Positions 7,141 through 15,772 of a DNA stretch of 24,000 bases are shown piece after piece. Location of the stretch: positions 6,559 through 30,558 of the forward strand of contig JAPOVX010000026.1 of assembly GCA_026707935.1 (NCBI GenBank), read 5' to 3'. The position numbers and the translations under genes were made by a program. How positions within the stretch are numbered: position 1 is the first letter of the stretch; each line of letters opens with the position of its first letter. Below the pieces are notes generated by a model that saw nothing but the letters and a program-made list of their open reading frames with translations, ran no database searches and had not been told where the DNA came from. The stretch is from Paracoccaceae bacterium (GTDB lineage Bacteria > Pseudomonadota > Alphaproteobacteria > Rhodobacterales > Rhodobacteraceae).

Positions 7141-8427
7141 ATGCTCCATGCGAAAGCGAAGGAAGAACCCAAGCGACGCTTTCATGCCCTCGCCGACAAG
7201 GTCTGGCGAATGGACTTCCTCGACGAAGCCTGGGACAGGGTCTACCGCAACAGCGGCTCTGCCGGGGTTGACGGGGTACAATTCATGGACATTGCGGCAC
7301 AGGGCGTGGACGAGTGGCTCGGGGAACTGTCGCGGGATCTGAGGGAAGGGACCTACAAGCCGAAACCGGTGCGTCAGGTTCTGATCCCGAAGAAACAGCC
7401 CGGCAAGTTCCGGCCTTTGGGCATTCCCTGCATACGGGACCGGGTGGCACAGACATCGGCCATGCTCGTGCTTGAGCCGATATTCGAAGCCGACCTGCAA
7501 CCGGAGCAATACGCCTACCGGCCGGAGCGGAGTGCGAATGACGCGGTGAAACGCGTCCACAAACTCCTGAACACGGGGCACAACGAGGTGGTCGATTGCG
7601 ACCTGTCCAACTACTTCGGCGAGATTCCGCATGCCGAACTGATGAAGAGCATCGCCCGGCGCGTGAGCGACGGACGAATGCTCGGTCTGATCAAGGCGTG
7701 GCTGGAGATGCCGGTGGAAGAGGACGACGGGAAGGGCGGCAAACGCCGCACGAACCGGGCGCGCAGGGAGCGGAAAGGGACCCCGCAAGGGGCTCCGATC
7801 TCGCCCCTGATTTCGAACATCTACATGCGCCGTTTCATACTGGGCTGGAAGGTGCTGGGCTATGCCCGGCGCACCTGCTCGGAGATCGTGAATTACGCGG
7901 ATGACTTCTGTGTTCTCGGCAAGGCCTCAGCAGCAGAGATGCTGGCGGGTGTCGAGCGGATCATGGACAGGCTGAAGCTGCCGATCAACGAGCAGAAGAC
8001 CCGGTGCCTGCGATGCCCGGAGGAACCGTTGGAGTTTCTCGGGTACCGCATCGGACGCAACTACCGCCGAAACGGAAATGGGAGCTACATTGGCACCCGC
8101 CCGAGCAAGGCGAGCGTCCAGAGCATCTGCCGCAAGATCAGCGAGCAGACGGCTGCGAAGTACGGGCCGATGCTGACGGGGGACATGGTGAAACGCCTGA
8201 ACTGGATGTTGTCCGGCTGGGCGAACTACTACCGCCTCGGACAAGTCAGCCCCGCCTACGCGGCACTCGATGCGCACACGACGAAGCGGCTGCGACAGTG
8301 GCTCTGCCGGAAGCACAAGGTCCGGAAAGGGAAGTACGTGCGCTTCCCGGACGAACGGCTGTGGAAGATCTACGGCCTGGTCAACCTTGCGCCGAAGACC
8401 AAGGGCCTTCCGTGGGCGAAGGCATGA
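7141..8427 (+). CDS. group II intron-encoded reverse transcriptase/maturase (no endonuclease domain)
   Basis: 428 aa with SGSAGVDG, KPVRQVLIPKKQPGKFRPLGIPCIRDRVAQ, YAYRPERSANDAV, DLSNYFGEIPH, GTPQGAPISPLISNIYM, NYADDF (the YADD box) and a maturase X region (LSGWANYYRLGQVS...RQWLCRKHK). Confidence 0.9.
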   Translation: MLHAKAKEEPKRRFHALADKVWRMDFLDEAWDRVYRNSGSAGVDGVQFMDIAAQGVDEWLGELSRDLREGTYKPKPVRQVLIPKKQPGKFRPLGIPCIRDRVAQTSAMLVLEPIFEADLQPEQYAYRPERSANDAVKRVHKLLNTGHNEVVDCDLSNYFGEIPHAELMKSIARRVSDGRMLGLIKAWLEMPVEEDDGKGGKRRTNRARRERKGTPQGAPISPLISNIYMRRFILGWKVLGYARRTCSEIVNYADDFCVLGKASAAEMLAGVERIMDRLKLPINEQKTRCLRCPEEPLEFLGYRIGRNYRRNGNGSYIGTRPSKASVQSICRKISEQTAAKYGPMLTGDMVKRLNWMLSGWANYYRLGQVSPAYAALDAHTTKRLRQWLCRKHKVRKGKYVRFPDERLWKIYGLVNLAPKTKGLPWAKA

Positions 8428-8437
8428 TCTCGTCGGA

Positions 8438-8470
8438 AAGCTGGATGCGGGAAATTCGCACGTCCAGTTT
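8438..8470 (+). ncRNA. group II intron domain V
   Basis: AAGCUGGAUGCGGGAAAUUCGCACGUCCAGUUU has the AGC triad at the 5' base, a GCG/CGC upper helix, a GAAA-containing loop, an AC bulge on the 3' strand, and CUGGAU pairing with GUCCAG. It closely parallels the canonical GAGCCGUAUGCG...GAAA...CGCACGUACGGUUC. Confidence 0.6.
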
Positions 8471-8590
8471 GATGAGCTGGGACGAGGAAACGTGGCCATG
8501 GTGAGGACTGAGGCACCGGCAAATGGCGAAAGCCGCCGGCAAACTGCGACTTCCCACACCTACCGCAGGGCGCGCCTCTCCCCGACTCTA

Positions 8591-8647
8591 CACGAAATGT
8601 GTTGGTACCCTGGATAGCGAGCCGTCTCGGTTGAGCGAGCGGAACAG
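8591..8647 (-). pseudogene. tyrosine recombinase (phage-integrase family) internal fragment, continuation of the fragment at 15860-16335
   Basis: The minus-strand reading from 8647 gives LFRSLNRDGSLSRVP.., which continues in frame from ...APDRYGPLF at 15860 once the Tn3 unit and one AACAG copy are removed. An in-frame stop occurs at 8587-8589. Confidence 0.45.
8643..8647. repeat. left copy of the 5-bp target-site duplication AACAG
   Basis: It lies immediately outside the left 38-bp IR. An identical pentamer sits immediately outside the right IR at 15860-15864. Confidence 0.55.
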
Positions 8648-8685
8648 CGGGTCTGTTCCGGATGAGTGCAAAATAGTACGTTAAG
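8648..8685 (+). repeat. Tn3-family 38-bp terminal inverted repeat (tnpA-proximal, left)
   Basis: CGGGTCTGTTCCGGATGAGTGCAAAATAGTACGTTAAG shows the family hallmark GGGTCTG...ACGTTAAG. The tnpA stop codon (TAA, 8681-8683) lies inside it. Confidence 0.9.
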
Positions 8686-11594
8686 GTCTTTCGGTCACCA
8701 ATTTGCGCCATCTGTATTCACCTGTGAGAAGGATGTGAGCCCATCCAAGGGGTGAGATGTGCGCCAGCAGGTCCTTTGGCGTGCTGAATCCAGACCGCTT
8801 GCGCCGCGCGACAGCGTGTCCGAGTTGGTCGGTGTTCCAGTAGATGATAATCGCCGCAAGGAGATTGAGCCCGGCAATCCGGAAGTGCTGGCCCTCGGTC
8901 GTCCGATCGCGGATCTCGCCCTGGCGTCCGATCCGCATGGCACTCTTCAGGGCGTGGTGCGCCTCGCCCTTGTTCAGGCCGATCTGCGCCCGACGTTGCA
9001 TGTTGGTATCGAGCAGCCAGTCAATGATGAAAAGTGTCCGTTCAATACGTCCGACTTCACGAAGGGCGACGGCAAGGTCGTGCCGGCGCAGCCAGGCTGC
9101 GAATTTCCGCAGCAGTTGGCTGGGCCGCATGACACCTGCGGCCATGGTGGCGGCGCTGCGCAGAATGTCCGGCCAGTTGGCGATGATCGTGTCTTCCCGG
9201 ATCTTGCCACCGATCAATCCTTTCAACTCTTTCGGCACGCATTTCGTTTCAAAGACATAGAGTCGCTTCGACGGGAGATCCCGGATGCGGGGGATGAAGC
9301 GGTAAGCCAGCAGTGCGGTGGTGGCGAAGACGAGGTCGGTGAACCCGCCCGTGTCGGCGTACTGCTCCCGGATCCGCCGACCGGCTTCATTCATGAGCAG
9401 GCCATCCAGGATATACGGGGCTTTGTTCGCCGTGGCGGGAATGGTCTGGGTCGCGAAGGGGCCAAACTGGTCGGAAACATGGGTATAGGCTTTCAGTCCC
9501 GGTTCGTTGCCGTACCGGGCGTTGACGAGGTTCATGGCCTCGCCCTGGCGTGTGGTCGGAAAGAACTGCCCGTCGCTGGAGGCGGACCGGGCGGCACCCC
9601 AGAACTGAGCCATGGGAAGTCGGGATTGGGCTTCGATCAGGATGGCTAGGGCTCTCTCGATCGCCTCGCTTTCCACATGCCAGCGTGACAGGCGGGAAAG
9701 CTGGAGATAGTCATGGGTGCTGGAGGCCTCGGCCATCTTGCTCAGACCGAGATTGAGGCCCTCTGCGAGAAGCACGTTCAGCAGCCCGATTCTATCCTTG
9801 CAGGGTGCGCCCGTGCGCAGGTGCGTGAAGGCGTCCGTAAAACCTGTGGCTGCGTCGACCTCCAGCATGAGATCGGTGATCCGCACATCGGGCAGGCGAC
9901 GATAAAGATCGAGAACAAGTTCATCGGCTCCGTCCGGTGCATTCGTTTCAAGCCGTTCGAGGCGCAACTATCCATTTTCGATGATCCCGCCCGGGAGAGT
10001 ACCATCCCTGGTGGCTCTTGCGAGCTTGCTCAGGTTTTCCTCCAGGTATTGCCTGCGATCCGCAATCCACGCCTCCGGTTCGAACGGGACCGCAAGAAGC
10101 CGCGGTGTGGCTTGGGCCGCCTCGATCGGCACGAGGGCCTGTCTCATGTCGGCGTAGTGCCGGGAATCCCGCAACCAGATGTCACCGGCCCGAAAGGCAT
10201 CGCGCATGTGAAACATCACAGCCACCTGCCAGAACCGGTCGACGTTTGTTTCCTGCATGTTCAGATGCTGCCGCCATTTTGACCGTGGCCGCAGGAATGC
10301 AGCCGGTCTTGCCTCCTTGCCGGCATTCACGTCATCCCGGATCAAGGCCATGGCACCGAGAAGCGGATCGAGTGCCGCCGCGCATTCGATCTCCAGGATC
10401 TGCAGCATACGGGGCGCGTAGCGCCGGAACCGGTGATAGCCAAGCACAACATGGGCCAGGGGATCGAAAGTGATCCTGTCCGTGAGCTGAACCGTTGTCG
10501 CCACGAGATTCTCAAGACCCGTCCAGCCGCAGGATGTCGTAACTGCCGCGTCCAGGGAACCACTGTCTCCCCTGGCCTCGAGCAGGGCAGCTCCGAGATC
10601 ATGAAATGCGGTCAAGGTATCCTGCACATTGGCCTGTGCCGCTTCGATCTGGAGCTTGCACCGCCTCTCCGCTTCCCGCCAGGTCTTGCCCACGATGCGG
10701 TCGTGGGTCTCCACCACCGCATCGGCGATGGCCGCGCGCCATTCCACGACACAGACGGCGAGAATGGCCAGCCTGCGGTCATTGGAAATGTCCCTGACTT
10801 CATCGGCGAAATACCGCTCTCCCTGGCGACGGAGACGAGCGACCCGGTGGGGCGGGACACCGTTCAGGACACCGGGAGAAAGACCAAGGTCCTTGAGGAA
10901 TTCCAACCGATCCAGAAGACGGTTGACGTCGGCCGAGTTCTTTCCGATCTCGAATTTCCGCAGCCAGACAAACCGGGTAAGACTTCCGTTGGCGACTGTC
11001 TCTTCCAGAAGGGCGTCGAGCTGCGCGCATCATGTCATCAAGACGGGTAGCAATTCGGGCTTCGATCCGACGCTCCGCGGCAACCAGGGTATCAGCACAT
11101 AACCTCTCAATGGTCGATATGCCGGGCAGTATGATCTGCATGCGGCGACATTCTTCCACAAACCGCCGCACCAGATCCTCGCTGGAGCGGGAAACTTCGG
11201 CCTGCTCCGCAAGCCAGACCTTCATCGCGTGCGCATGTTTGCCCGTGAACATCCTGTAACCGTAAATTTTCCGCAGGGTGGCCAGATGCTCGCGCCGGGT
11301 TTCCTCACGGCTCGCGTATCGCATCAGATCATCCGGCTTCAGACCGAGTTGGGCCGCAATGAACCGCGAAACTTCCTCCGGGATCATTTCGCCCGGCTTC
11401 AGCAGGCGTCCCGGATAGCGCAAGGCACAGAGCTGGAGCGCGAAACCCATCCGGTTTCTGGGATGTCGCCGGGTTTGGATGTAGTCGATGTCGTCATCGT
11501 CCAGGATGTAGTGCGTCAGCCGCGAGGTCTCGTCGGTGGGAAGGTCGAAATGGGCAGCGCGCTGGCGCGCCGTCAGAATGGTTCTGTGGACCAT
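8681..11594 (-). pseudogene. tnpA: Tn3-family transposase TnpA, disrupted by one frameshift and one in-frame stop
   Basis: Three consecutive ORFs (10800-11594, 9968-10906, 8681-9967) together give a full-length (~970 aa) Tn3-type transposase: an N-terminal MVHRTILT..RQRAAHFDLP..., then a central region, then ...RITDLMLEVDAATGFTDAFTHLRTG...ADTGGFTDLVFA...NKGEAHHALKSAMRIGRQGEIRDRT. A +1 frame change occurs near the GCGCGC run at 11023-11028. An in-frame TAG is at 9968-9970. Confidence 0.85.
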
Positions 11595-11714
11595 GTTGCT
11601 TTTGCTTTCCTTGCGGGGATTGTCTAATGATGATTGTGATACGGGATAAGTGACACATTTGAAGAGGAAGACCTACCCTTTGTACACCGCAACTCAAACG
11701 GTCGATTGTGAGAC
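11595..11714. promoter_or_regulatory. putative res site and divergent tnpA/tnpR promoters
   Basis: A 120-bp AT-richer interval between the divergent tnpA and tnpR starts. It contains several TTGT(C/G/A) half-site-like motifs: TTGTCTAATGA at 11620-11630, TTGTGATAC, GTGACA, TTGTACACC and TTGTGAGAC. The position matches res in Tn3-type elements. Confidence 0.5.
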
Positions 11715-12326
11715 ATGCTGATCGGCTATGCCCGTGTGTCGAAGGCTGACGGCAGCCAGTCGCTTGATCTGCAACGCGACGCGCTCCTTGCCGCCGGCGT
11801 TGATGAAAGCCGCATCTACGCGGATCGCGCACCCGGCAAGAAGGATGAACGTCCCGGGCTCGAAGCTTGCCTGAAGGCACTGCGTGAAGGCGATCTCCTC
11901 GTTGTCTGGAAACTCGACCGACTGGGGCGTAGCCTGCATCACCTGGTGAAGACCGTGACCGGGCTGTCCGATCGCGGCGTCGGTCTCAAGGTCCTCACCG
12001 GACAAGGCGCGCAGATTGACACGACAACAGCGGCCGGGCGGTTGTCCTTCGGTATATTTGCCGCATTGGCCGAGTTTGAAAGCGAACTCATCCGTGAACG
12101 GACTATGGCGGGTCTGCAGGCCGCTCGTGCCCGAGGACGCAAGGGCGGCCGGAAATTCGCCCTGACGAAGGCTCAGGTCCGCATGGCTCAGGCTGCCATG
12201 GCAAGTCGTGACACGTCGGTTTCCGGATTGAGCAAGGAACTCGGCGTCCGCCCTGCAACCCTCTATCGGTATGTTGATCCGAACGGGAACTTGCGGGAGT
12301 ACGGAAAGCGCGTTCTCAGCGCTTAA
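11715..12326 (+). CDS. tnpR: serine recombinase / resolvase TnpR
   Basis: 203 aa. It shows MLIGYARVSKADGSQSLDLQ (catalytic Ser motif), VVWKLDRLGRS, ...ERTMAGLQAARARGRKGGRK, and a C-terminal HTH (LSKELGVRPATLYRYV). The stop codon TAA at 12324-12326 lies inside the internal IR. Confidence 0.9.
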   Translation: MLIGYARVSKADGSQSLDLQRDALLAAGVDESRIYADRAPGKKDERPGLEACLKALREGDLLVVWKLDRLGRSLHHLVKTVTGLSDRGVGLKVLTGQGAQIDTTTAAGRLSFGIFAALAEFESELIRERTMAGLQAARARGRKGGRKFALTKAQVRMAQAAMASRDTSVSGLSKELGVRPATLYRYVDPNGNLREYGKRVLSA

Positions 12327-12359
12327 CGTACTATTCTGCACTCATCCGGAACAGACCCC
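12322..12359 (-). repeat. Tn3-family 38-bp inverted repeat (tnpR-proximal, now internal to the 7.2-kb unit)
   Basis: The reverse complement reads GGGGTCTGTTCCGGATGAGTGCAGAATAGTACGTTAAG. It differs from the outer IRs at the terminal base and at one internal position. Confidence 0.9.
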
Positions 12360-12426
12360 TAAATGCAGCTGGCACATGTCGAGTCCAGGAATTCCTGTAC
12401 TCCCGTGTGTGACTTGGAAGGTGGTG

Positions 12427-15240
12427 TCACCGGTCGTGCAATTCTCGCAATTTCCGGTAGACTTCCGTCCCCCTTAGCAAACTGTCCTCCGGGATCAGGT
12501 CAATGGGGAGTTTCCCACTCCTGTCCCGTGAGTCGGGGTCGGCCCCTGCATCAAGCAGCGCCTGCACTATTTCAGCGCTCGTGCCGCGTCCCGCTGCCCA
12601 GTGCAGAGGGGTAAGGCCCCGAACGTCCGGCGCGTTCGGGTCGGCCCCTGCACCGAGCAGCTCCCGCACCGCTTCCGGGCTCGAGTCAAAGCCTGCCACC
12701 CGGTGCAACGGGGTCACGCCCACCGTGTCCGGCAGGTTTGGATCGGCGCCAGCGGCAAGCAACACCTGCACCACATCCGGGAACGTGTCCTCTCTCACCG
12801 CCCAATTTAACGCCGTCAGACCAAGATAGGCCCGCGCGTTCGGATCGGCTCCCGCGTCGAGCAGCAGCTGCACCGCCTCAGCACCCGCTCCGACGCCAAC
12901 AGCCAGATGCAGTGGAGTCAGGCCATATCTGTCCAATGCGTTCGGGTCGGCCCCGGCGCTGAGCAACATCCGCACCACATCCGGCCACGTCTCGATGCCC
13001 GGCGCAACGTGAAGTGGGGTCACGTCATAGTCGTTCCGCGCGTTCGGATCGGCCCCAGAGTCGAGCAGCACCTGCACCACGTCCGGATTCGCACGTTCGC
13101 CCACCGCCAAGTGAAGCGGAGTGTTGCCAAGAACATCCCGTGCATCCAGTTCGGCTCCTGCCTCGACACACTGGCGGACATCATCAGCCGTCAAGGTGCC
13201 GAAGAAGCCGTCTGTTTCCCAGCCATTGCAATCCGTTGCTGTGATGTCCGCCTCATCGCCCTCAATCTCGGCGACATGCACTTCGGCATACCCGCCGACG
13301 GCATCGATCGAGCTGGTTCCGACGCGAATTTCATAACGACCGCTTGGGGGATCACGCAGCGCGACCCGCGCGTCGCGGCCGTCTCCGCTGCTGTCGTCGC
13401 ACAGGACATCACCCATTGGCGTCGTGACCTGCAACGAGGTGTCAAATCCGTGGCCAAGGGCACCGAGGCTCAGGGCGTAATATCCGCTCTCATAGTCGAG
13501 GACAAGCTGCGCCTCGTTCGGCAAGTGCCCGCAATCGTCCCGGGTCAGACCGCCCGCGGTCACTCCTACTCTGCTCCGATTCAGGCCGAACGCGGCATCG
13601 AACGTCAGCCGGTGTACCGGCGCTGGCTTGATCGCACCTGGGTAGACTCGCTCGGTGACAAACACCTTGGCGACCCTGCCGACCACTCCGGAGTAGTTGC
13701 TTCCGACTCGAACTTCATAGCGACCGTCCGCCGGATCACCCAGCACGATCAGCGCGGCGCGGGCGTCGTCGTAATCCCTGTCGCACAGGACGTCGCCCGC
13801 CGGCGTCGTGACCTGCAACGAGGTTCTGGCAAACCAGTAACCAGCGCCGCCAAAGGCAAGGGCGGAGCCGTCGCCCTCGTAATCGACGACGACCTGCGGC
13901 TTTTCCGGCAGTTGACCGCACTCGCCATCCGTCGAACCTCCTGCCGAAACTTGCGCAATCAACGGATCCGGGCCAAATCCGTCTTCGAGTGTCCATTGGT
14001 GTACAGGCACCGGTTTGACCGAACGTTCTTCAATTCGCTCGGTGACATACACTTCGGCGACCCTGCCAACTCTTTTCGGCCAGTGGGTTCCGGCACGAAT
14101 TTCATAGCGACCGCTCGCCGGGTCACGCAGCGTGATCAGCGCGTCGTAGTCGCCTCCGCTGTCATCGTCGCACAGAACGTCACCCGCCGGAGTCGTGACC
14201 TGCAGCGTTGCGCCAATCCTGTAGCCAAGAGTGCCAAAGCTCAGGGTGTGACCTCCGCTCTCGTAGTCAACCACGAGCGACGGCTCCAGTGGCAGAAGGC
14301 CGCACTCGTCAATGATCGGACCACCCACCACCACTCGTGCATTCATCGGATCCTGATCGAATCCGGCTTCAAGCCTCCATTGATATGCAGGCGCAGGTTT
14401 GGCCGAACGTTCGTCAATTCGCTCGGTCAAATAGACCTCGGCGGCGGCGCCGACATCATCGGCCGAGACGGTTCCGACACGGACTTCATAGCGACCGCTG
14501 GCCGGATCGCCCAGCGTGATCAGCGCGTTAAGGTAATCTCCGCCGTCATCGTCGCACAGGACTTCACCCTCCGGCGTCGTGACCATCAGCGTGGTGTTCA
14601 ACCGAAACCCTATGGTGCCAACGCTCAAGGCATGGTTTCCGCTCTCGTAGTCGAAGACGAGTGACGGCTTGTCCGGCAGATGACCGCACCCGTCCTGAAT
14701 CGGACCTCCGACCACCACTTCCGCATGCCTTGGATCCTGATGGAAACCGGCTTCGAGAGTCCATTGGTGCAGGGGCGGCGGCTTTGTCGGGTCCGTATCA
14801 ACGCGCTCGGTGACATATGCTTCGGCGATGTTGCCGACGTCATCGGGCCAGAAGGTTCCGACGCGAACTTCATAGCGGCCGTTCGTCGGTTCGCCCAGCG
14901 TGATCAGCGCGTCGTCGTCGCCTCCGCTATTATTGTCGCACAGGACGTCGCCTGTTGGTGTCGTGACCTGCAGTGTGGTGTCCAGCCCGTAACCAAAAGT
15001 GCCAAAGCTCAAGGAGTAGCCGCCACTCTCGTAATCGATGACGAACTGCGGTTCGTCCGGCAGTTGCCAGCAATCGTCCCAGTTCGGACCGCCTGCCACC
15101 ACTTCCCGCTTCCACGGGTCGAGGCGGAACCCGGATTCGAGCGTCTGCCGTGGTCCGGATTCCGAGGCAGTCGCAATTGTCGACGCAGCCAAGATCGCGA
15201 CGATGGCAGTGGCAAGAACAGCTTGAGCTTGGCGGCGCAT
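12427..15240 (-). CDS. secreted repeat protein: signal peptide, five ~130-aa tandem beta-rich repeats (pre-peptidase C-terminal-like by eye), and 6-7 C-terminal ankyrin repeats
   Basis: Start set at Met60 of the 996-aa track ORF (ATG at 15240-15238), with AAGGAGG 7 nt upstream. The N-terminus MRRQAQAVLATAIVAILAASTIATA/SE looks like a Sec signal peptide. There are five units ending ...LQVTTPxGDVLCDDDSGGD..ALITLxDPxSGRYE(V/I)R(V/A)G.....VG..AEVYVTER. The tail has six (T/A)PLH-type ankyrin cores with GADPN linkers. Confidence 0.85.
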   Translation of the reverse strand: MRRQAQAVLATAIVAILAASTIATASESGPRQTLESGFRLDPWKREVVAGGPNWDDCWQLPDEPQFVIDYESGGYSLSFGTFGYGLDTTLQVTTPTGDVLCDNNSGGDDDALITLGEPTNGRYEVRVGTFWPDDVGNIAEAYVTERVDTDPTKPPPLHQWTLEAGFHQDPRHAEVVVGGPIQDGCGHLPDKPSLVFDYESGNHALSVGTIGFRLNTTLMVTTPEGEVLCDDDGGDYLNALITLGDPASGRYEVRVGTVSADDVGAAAEVYLTERIDERSAKPAPAYQWRLEAGFDQDPMNARVVVGGPIIDECGLLPLEPSLVVDYESGGHTLSFGTLGYRIGATLQVTTPAGDVLCDDDSGGDYDALITLRDPASGRYEIRAGTHWPKRVGRVAEVYVTERIEERSVKPVPVHQWTLEDGFGPDPLIAQVSAGGSTDGECGQLPEKPQVVVDYEGDGSALAFGGAGYWFARTSLQVTTPAGDVLCDRDYDDARAALIVLGDPADGRYEVRVGSNYSGVVGRVAKVFVTERVYPGAIKPAPVHRLTFDAAFGLNRSRVGVTAGGLTRDDCGHLPNEAQLVLDYESGYYALSLGALGHGFDTSLQVTTPMGDVLCDDSSGDGRDARVALRDPPSGRYEIRVGTSSIDAVGGYAEVHVAEIEGDEADITATDCNGWETDGFFGTLTADDVRQCVEAGAELDARDVLGNTPLHLAVGERANPDVVQVLLDSGADPNARNDYDVTPLHVAPGIETWPDVVRMLLSAGADPNALDRYGLTPLHLAVGVGAGAEAVQLLLDAGADPNARAYLGLTALNWAVREDTFPDVVQVLLAAGADPNLPDTVGVTPLHRVAGFDSSPEAVRELLGAGADPNAPDVRGLTPLHWAAGRGTSAEIVQALLDAGADPDSRDRSGKLPIDLIPEDSLLRGTEVYRKLRELHDR
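13243..15144 (-). repeat. five in-frame tandem coding repeats, period about 385 bp
   Basis: A recurrent DNA block, cgaa(c/t)ttcatagcgaccg...cgcccagcgtgatcagcgcg, occurs near 13321, 13711, 14098, 14480 and 14866. The corresponding protein repeats are clearly alignable. Confidence 0.8.
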
Positions 15241-15772
15241 TGAAAGTCCTCCTTTCAGACAAGGAATGACCTGTTCGGCCAACAGCAATGGGTGGGGGTG
15301 AACTACACATTTTTCACGCCGTACTGGCCAGGGTTCCGTCCTGCCACGAAGACACGGCATGACAAAGACAGTCATCCAATTGACTATCTTCACGAGCGCG
15401 AATGAAGAATTCCACACAATTTTACATTCCGATTGGATCAGGTCGAGTTCGTCATTCTGCCTGACTAAAACACCATGGCAAGACTCCCGGCTGCCTTGAA
15501 GGGCGCAATCGGTCGAGAAAATTCATCCTAATGGATGTTTACCGCAAAATCGAAGAGCTTTGGCCGGTTCATGTGATCTAAGGGTCGGTTCAGTTATCCA
15601 TCAATCCCGATTCGCTTGATTTCATCGGGTAACGTCCGGCTGTTGCGCCGGTCGTAGGATTTCATCATCTTCGGGTCCGTGTGGAGTGCCGATCGATCCG
15701 GACATATTGGGGTCGATTCCGGGGGCAGGATCTTATGTTAAGCCCGAGAAGCCGCCATTGTTCACCACAGAT

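Larger units (their letters stand above)
7118..8563 (+). mobile_element. group II intron fragment lacking 5' ribozyme domains I-III (IEP ORF and domain V retained); boundaries uncertain
   Basis: The RT/maturase ORF starts only about 25 nt after the IS110 fragment, and no GUGYG 5' end or room for domains I-III exists upstream. Domain V lies 10 nt after the ORF stop. Candidate 3' ends are ...CCCACACCUAC at 8563 or ...CUCUAC at 8590. Confidence 0.55.
8648..12359. mobile_element. Tn3-family core element (tnpA pseudogene, res, tnpR) between inverted IRs
   Basis: IR at 8648-8685 and inverted IR at 12322-12359 (2 mismatches in 38). tnpA and tnpR are divergent with a 120-bp intergenic region, as in Tn3. 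The flanks differ (AACAG versus TAAAT), so this core has no target-site duplication of its own. Confidence 0.85.

Noticed and set aside
8516-8539. Second GAAA-capped hairpin (CCGGC AAAU GGC GAAA GCC GCCGG) considered as the intron's domain V.
   Set aside because: It lacks the AGC triad and the 3'-strand AC bulge. The hairpin at 8438-8470 fits the domain V consensus much better. This one may be part of domain VI or a later structure.
8428-8590. Faint minus-strand similarity to the C-terminal catalytic region of the integrase (e.g. ..GHVSSSQLI.. versus the H-x-x-x-T-T-x-x-Y region) running through the intron 3' end.
   Set aside because: It requires reading through a stop, lacks the catalytic Tyr/Arg/His pattern, and overlaps the strongly supported intron domain V. 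This is most likely over-interpretation.
8370-8711. Two ORFs with identical N-termini MAQIGDRKTLTYYFALIRNRP (8370-8711 minus and 15796-16272 plus).
   Set aside because: The shared sequence is just the translation of the 87-bp inverted repeat (the transposon end) read outward. Downstream parts differ and overlap better-supported features.
9965-9970. Possibility that the in-frame TAG followed by TTG in tnpA, or the frame change at about 11025, reflects programmed readthrough or frameshifting.
   Set aside because: Tn3-family transposases are made from a single ORF. No slippery heptamer or downstream structure is evident. Mutation or sequencing error is the simpler explanation.
12385-12396. Perfect 12-bp palindrome CAGGAATTCCTG downstream of the ankyrin gene stop, considered as a terminator.
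   Set aside because: It has no loop and no following U-tract on the minus strand, so it is not a credible intrinsic terminator by itself.
12907-14664. 585-aa plus-strand ORF (and other plus-strand ORFs from 12503 to 15243) opposite the repeat/ankyrin gene.
   Set aside because: It is antisense to a gene with a signal peptide, a strong SD and clear domain repeats. The plus-strand translation is itself periodic only because it mirrors the coding repeats, and it has no motifs.
13243-15144. Regularly spaced ~385-bp DNA repeats that might suggest a CRISPR-like or satellite array.
   Set aside because: The period is far too long and there are no short conserved repeats with unique spacers. The repeats are in frame and encode five homologous protein domains.
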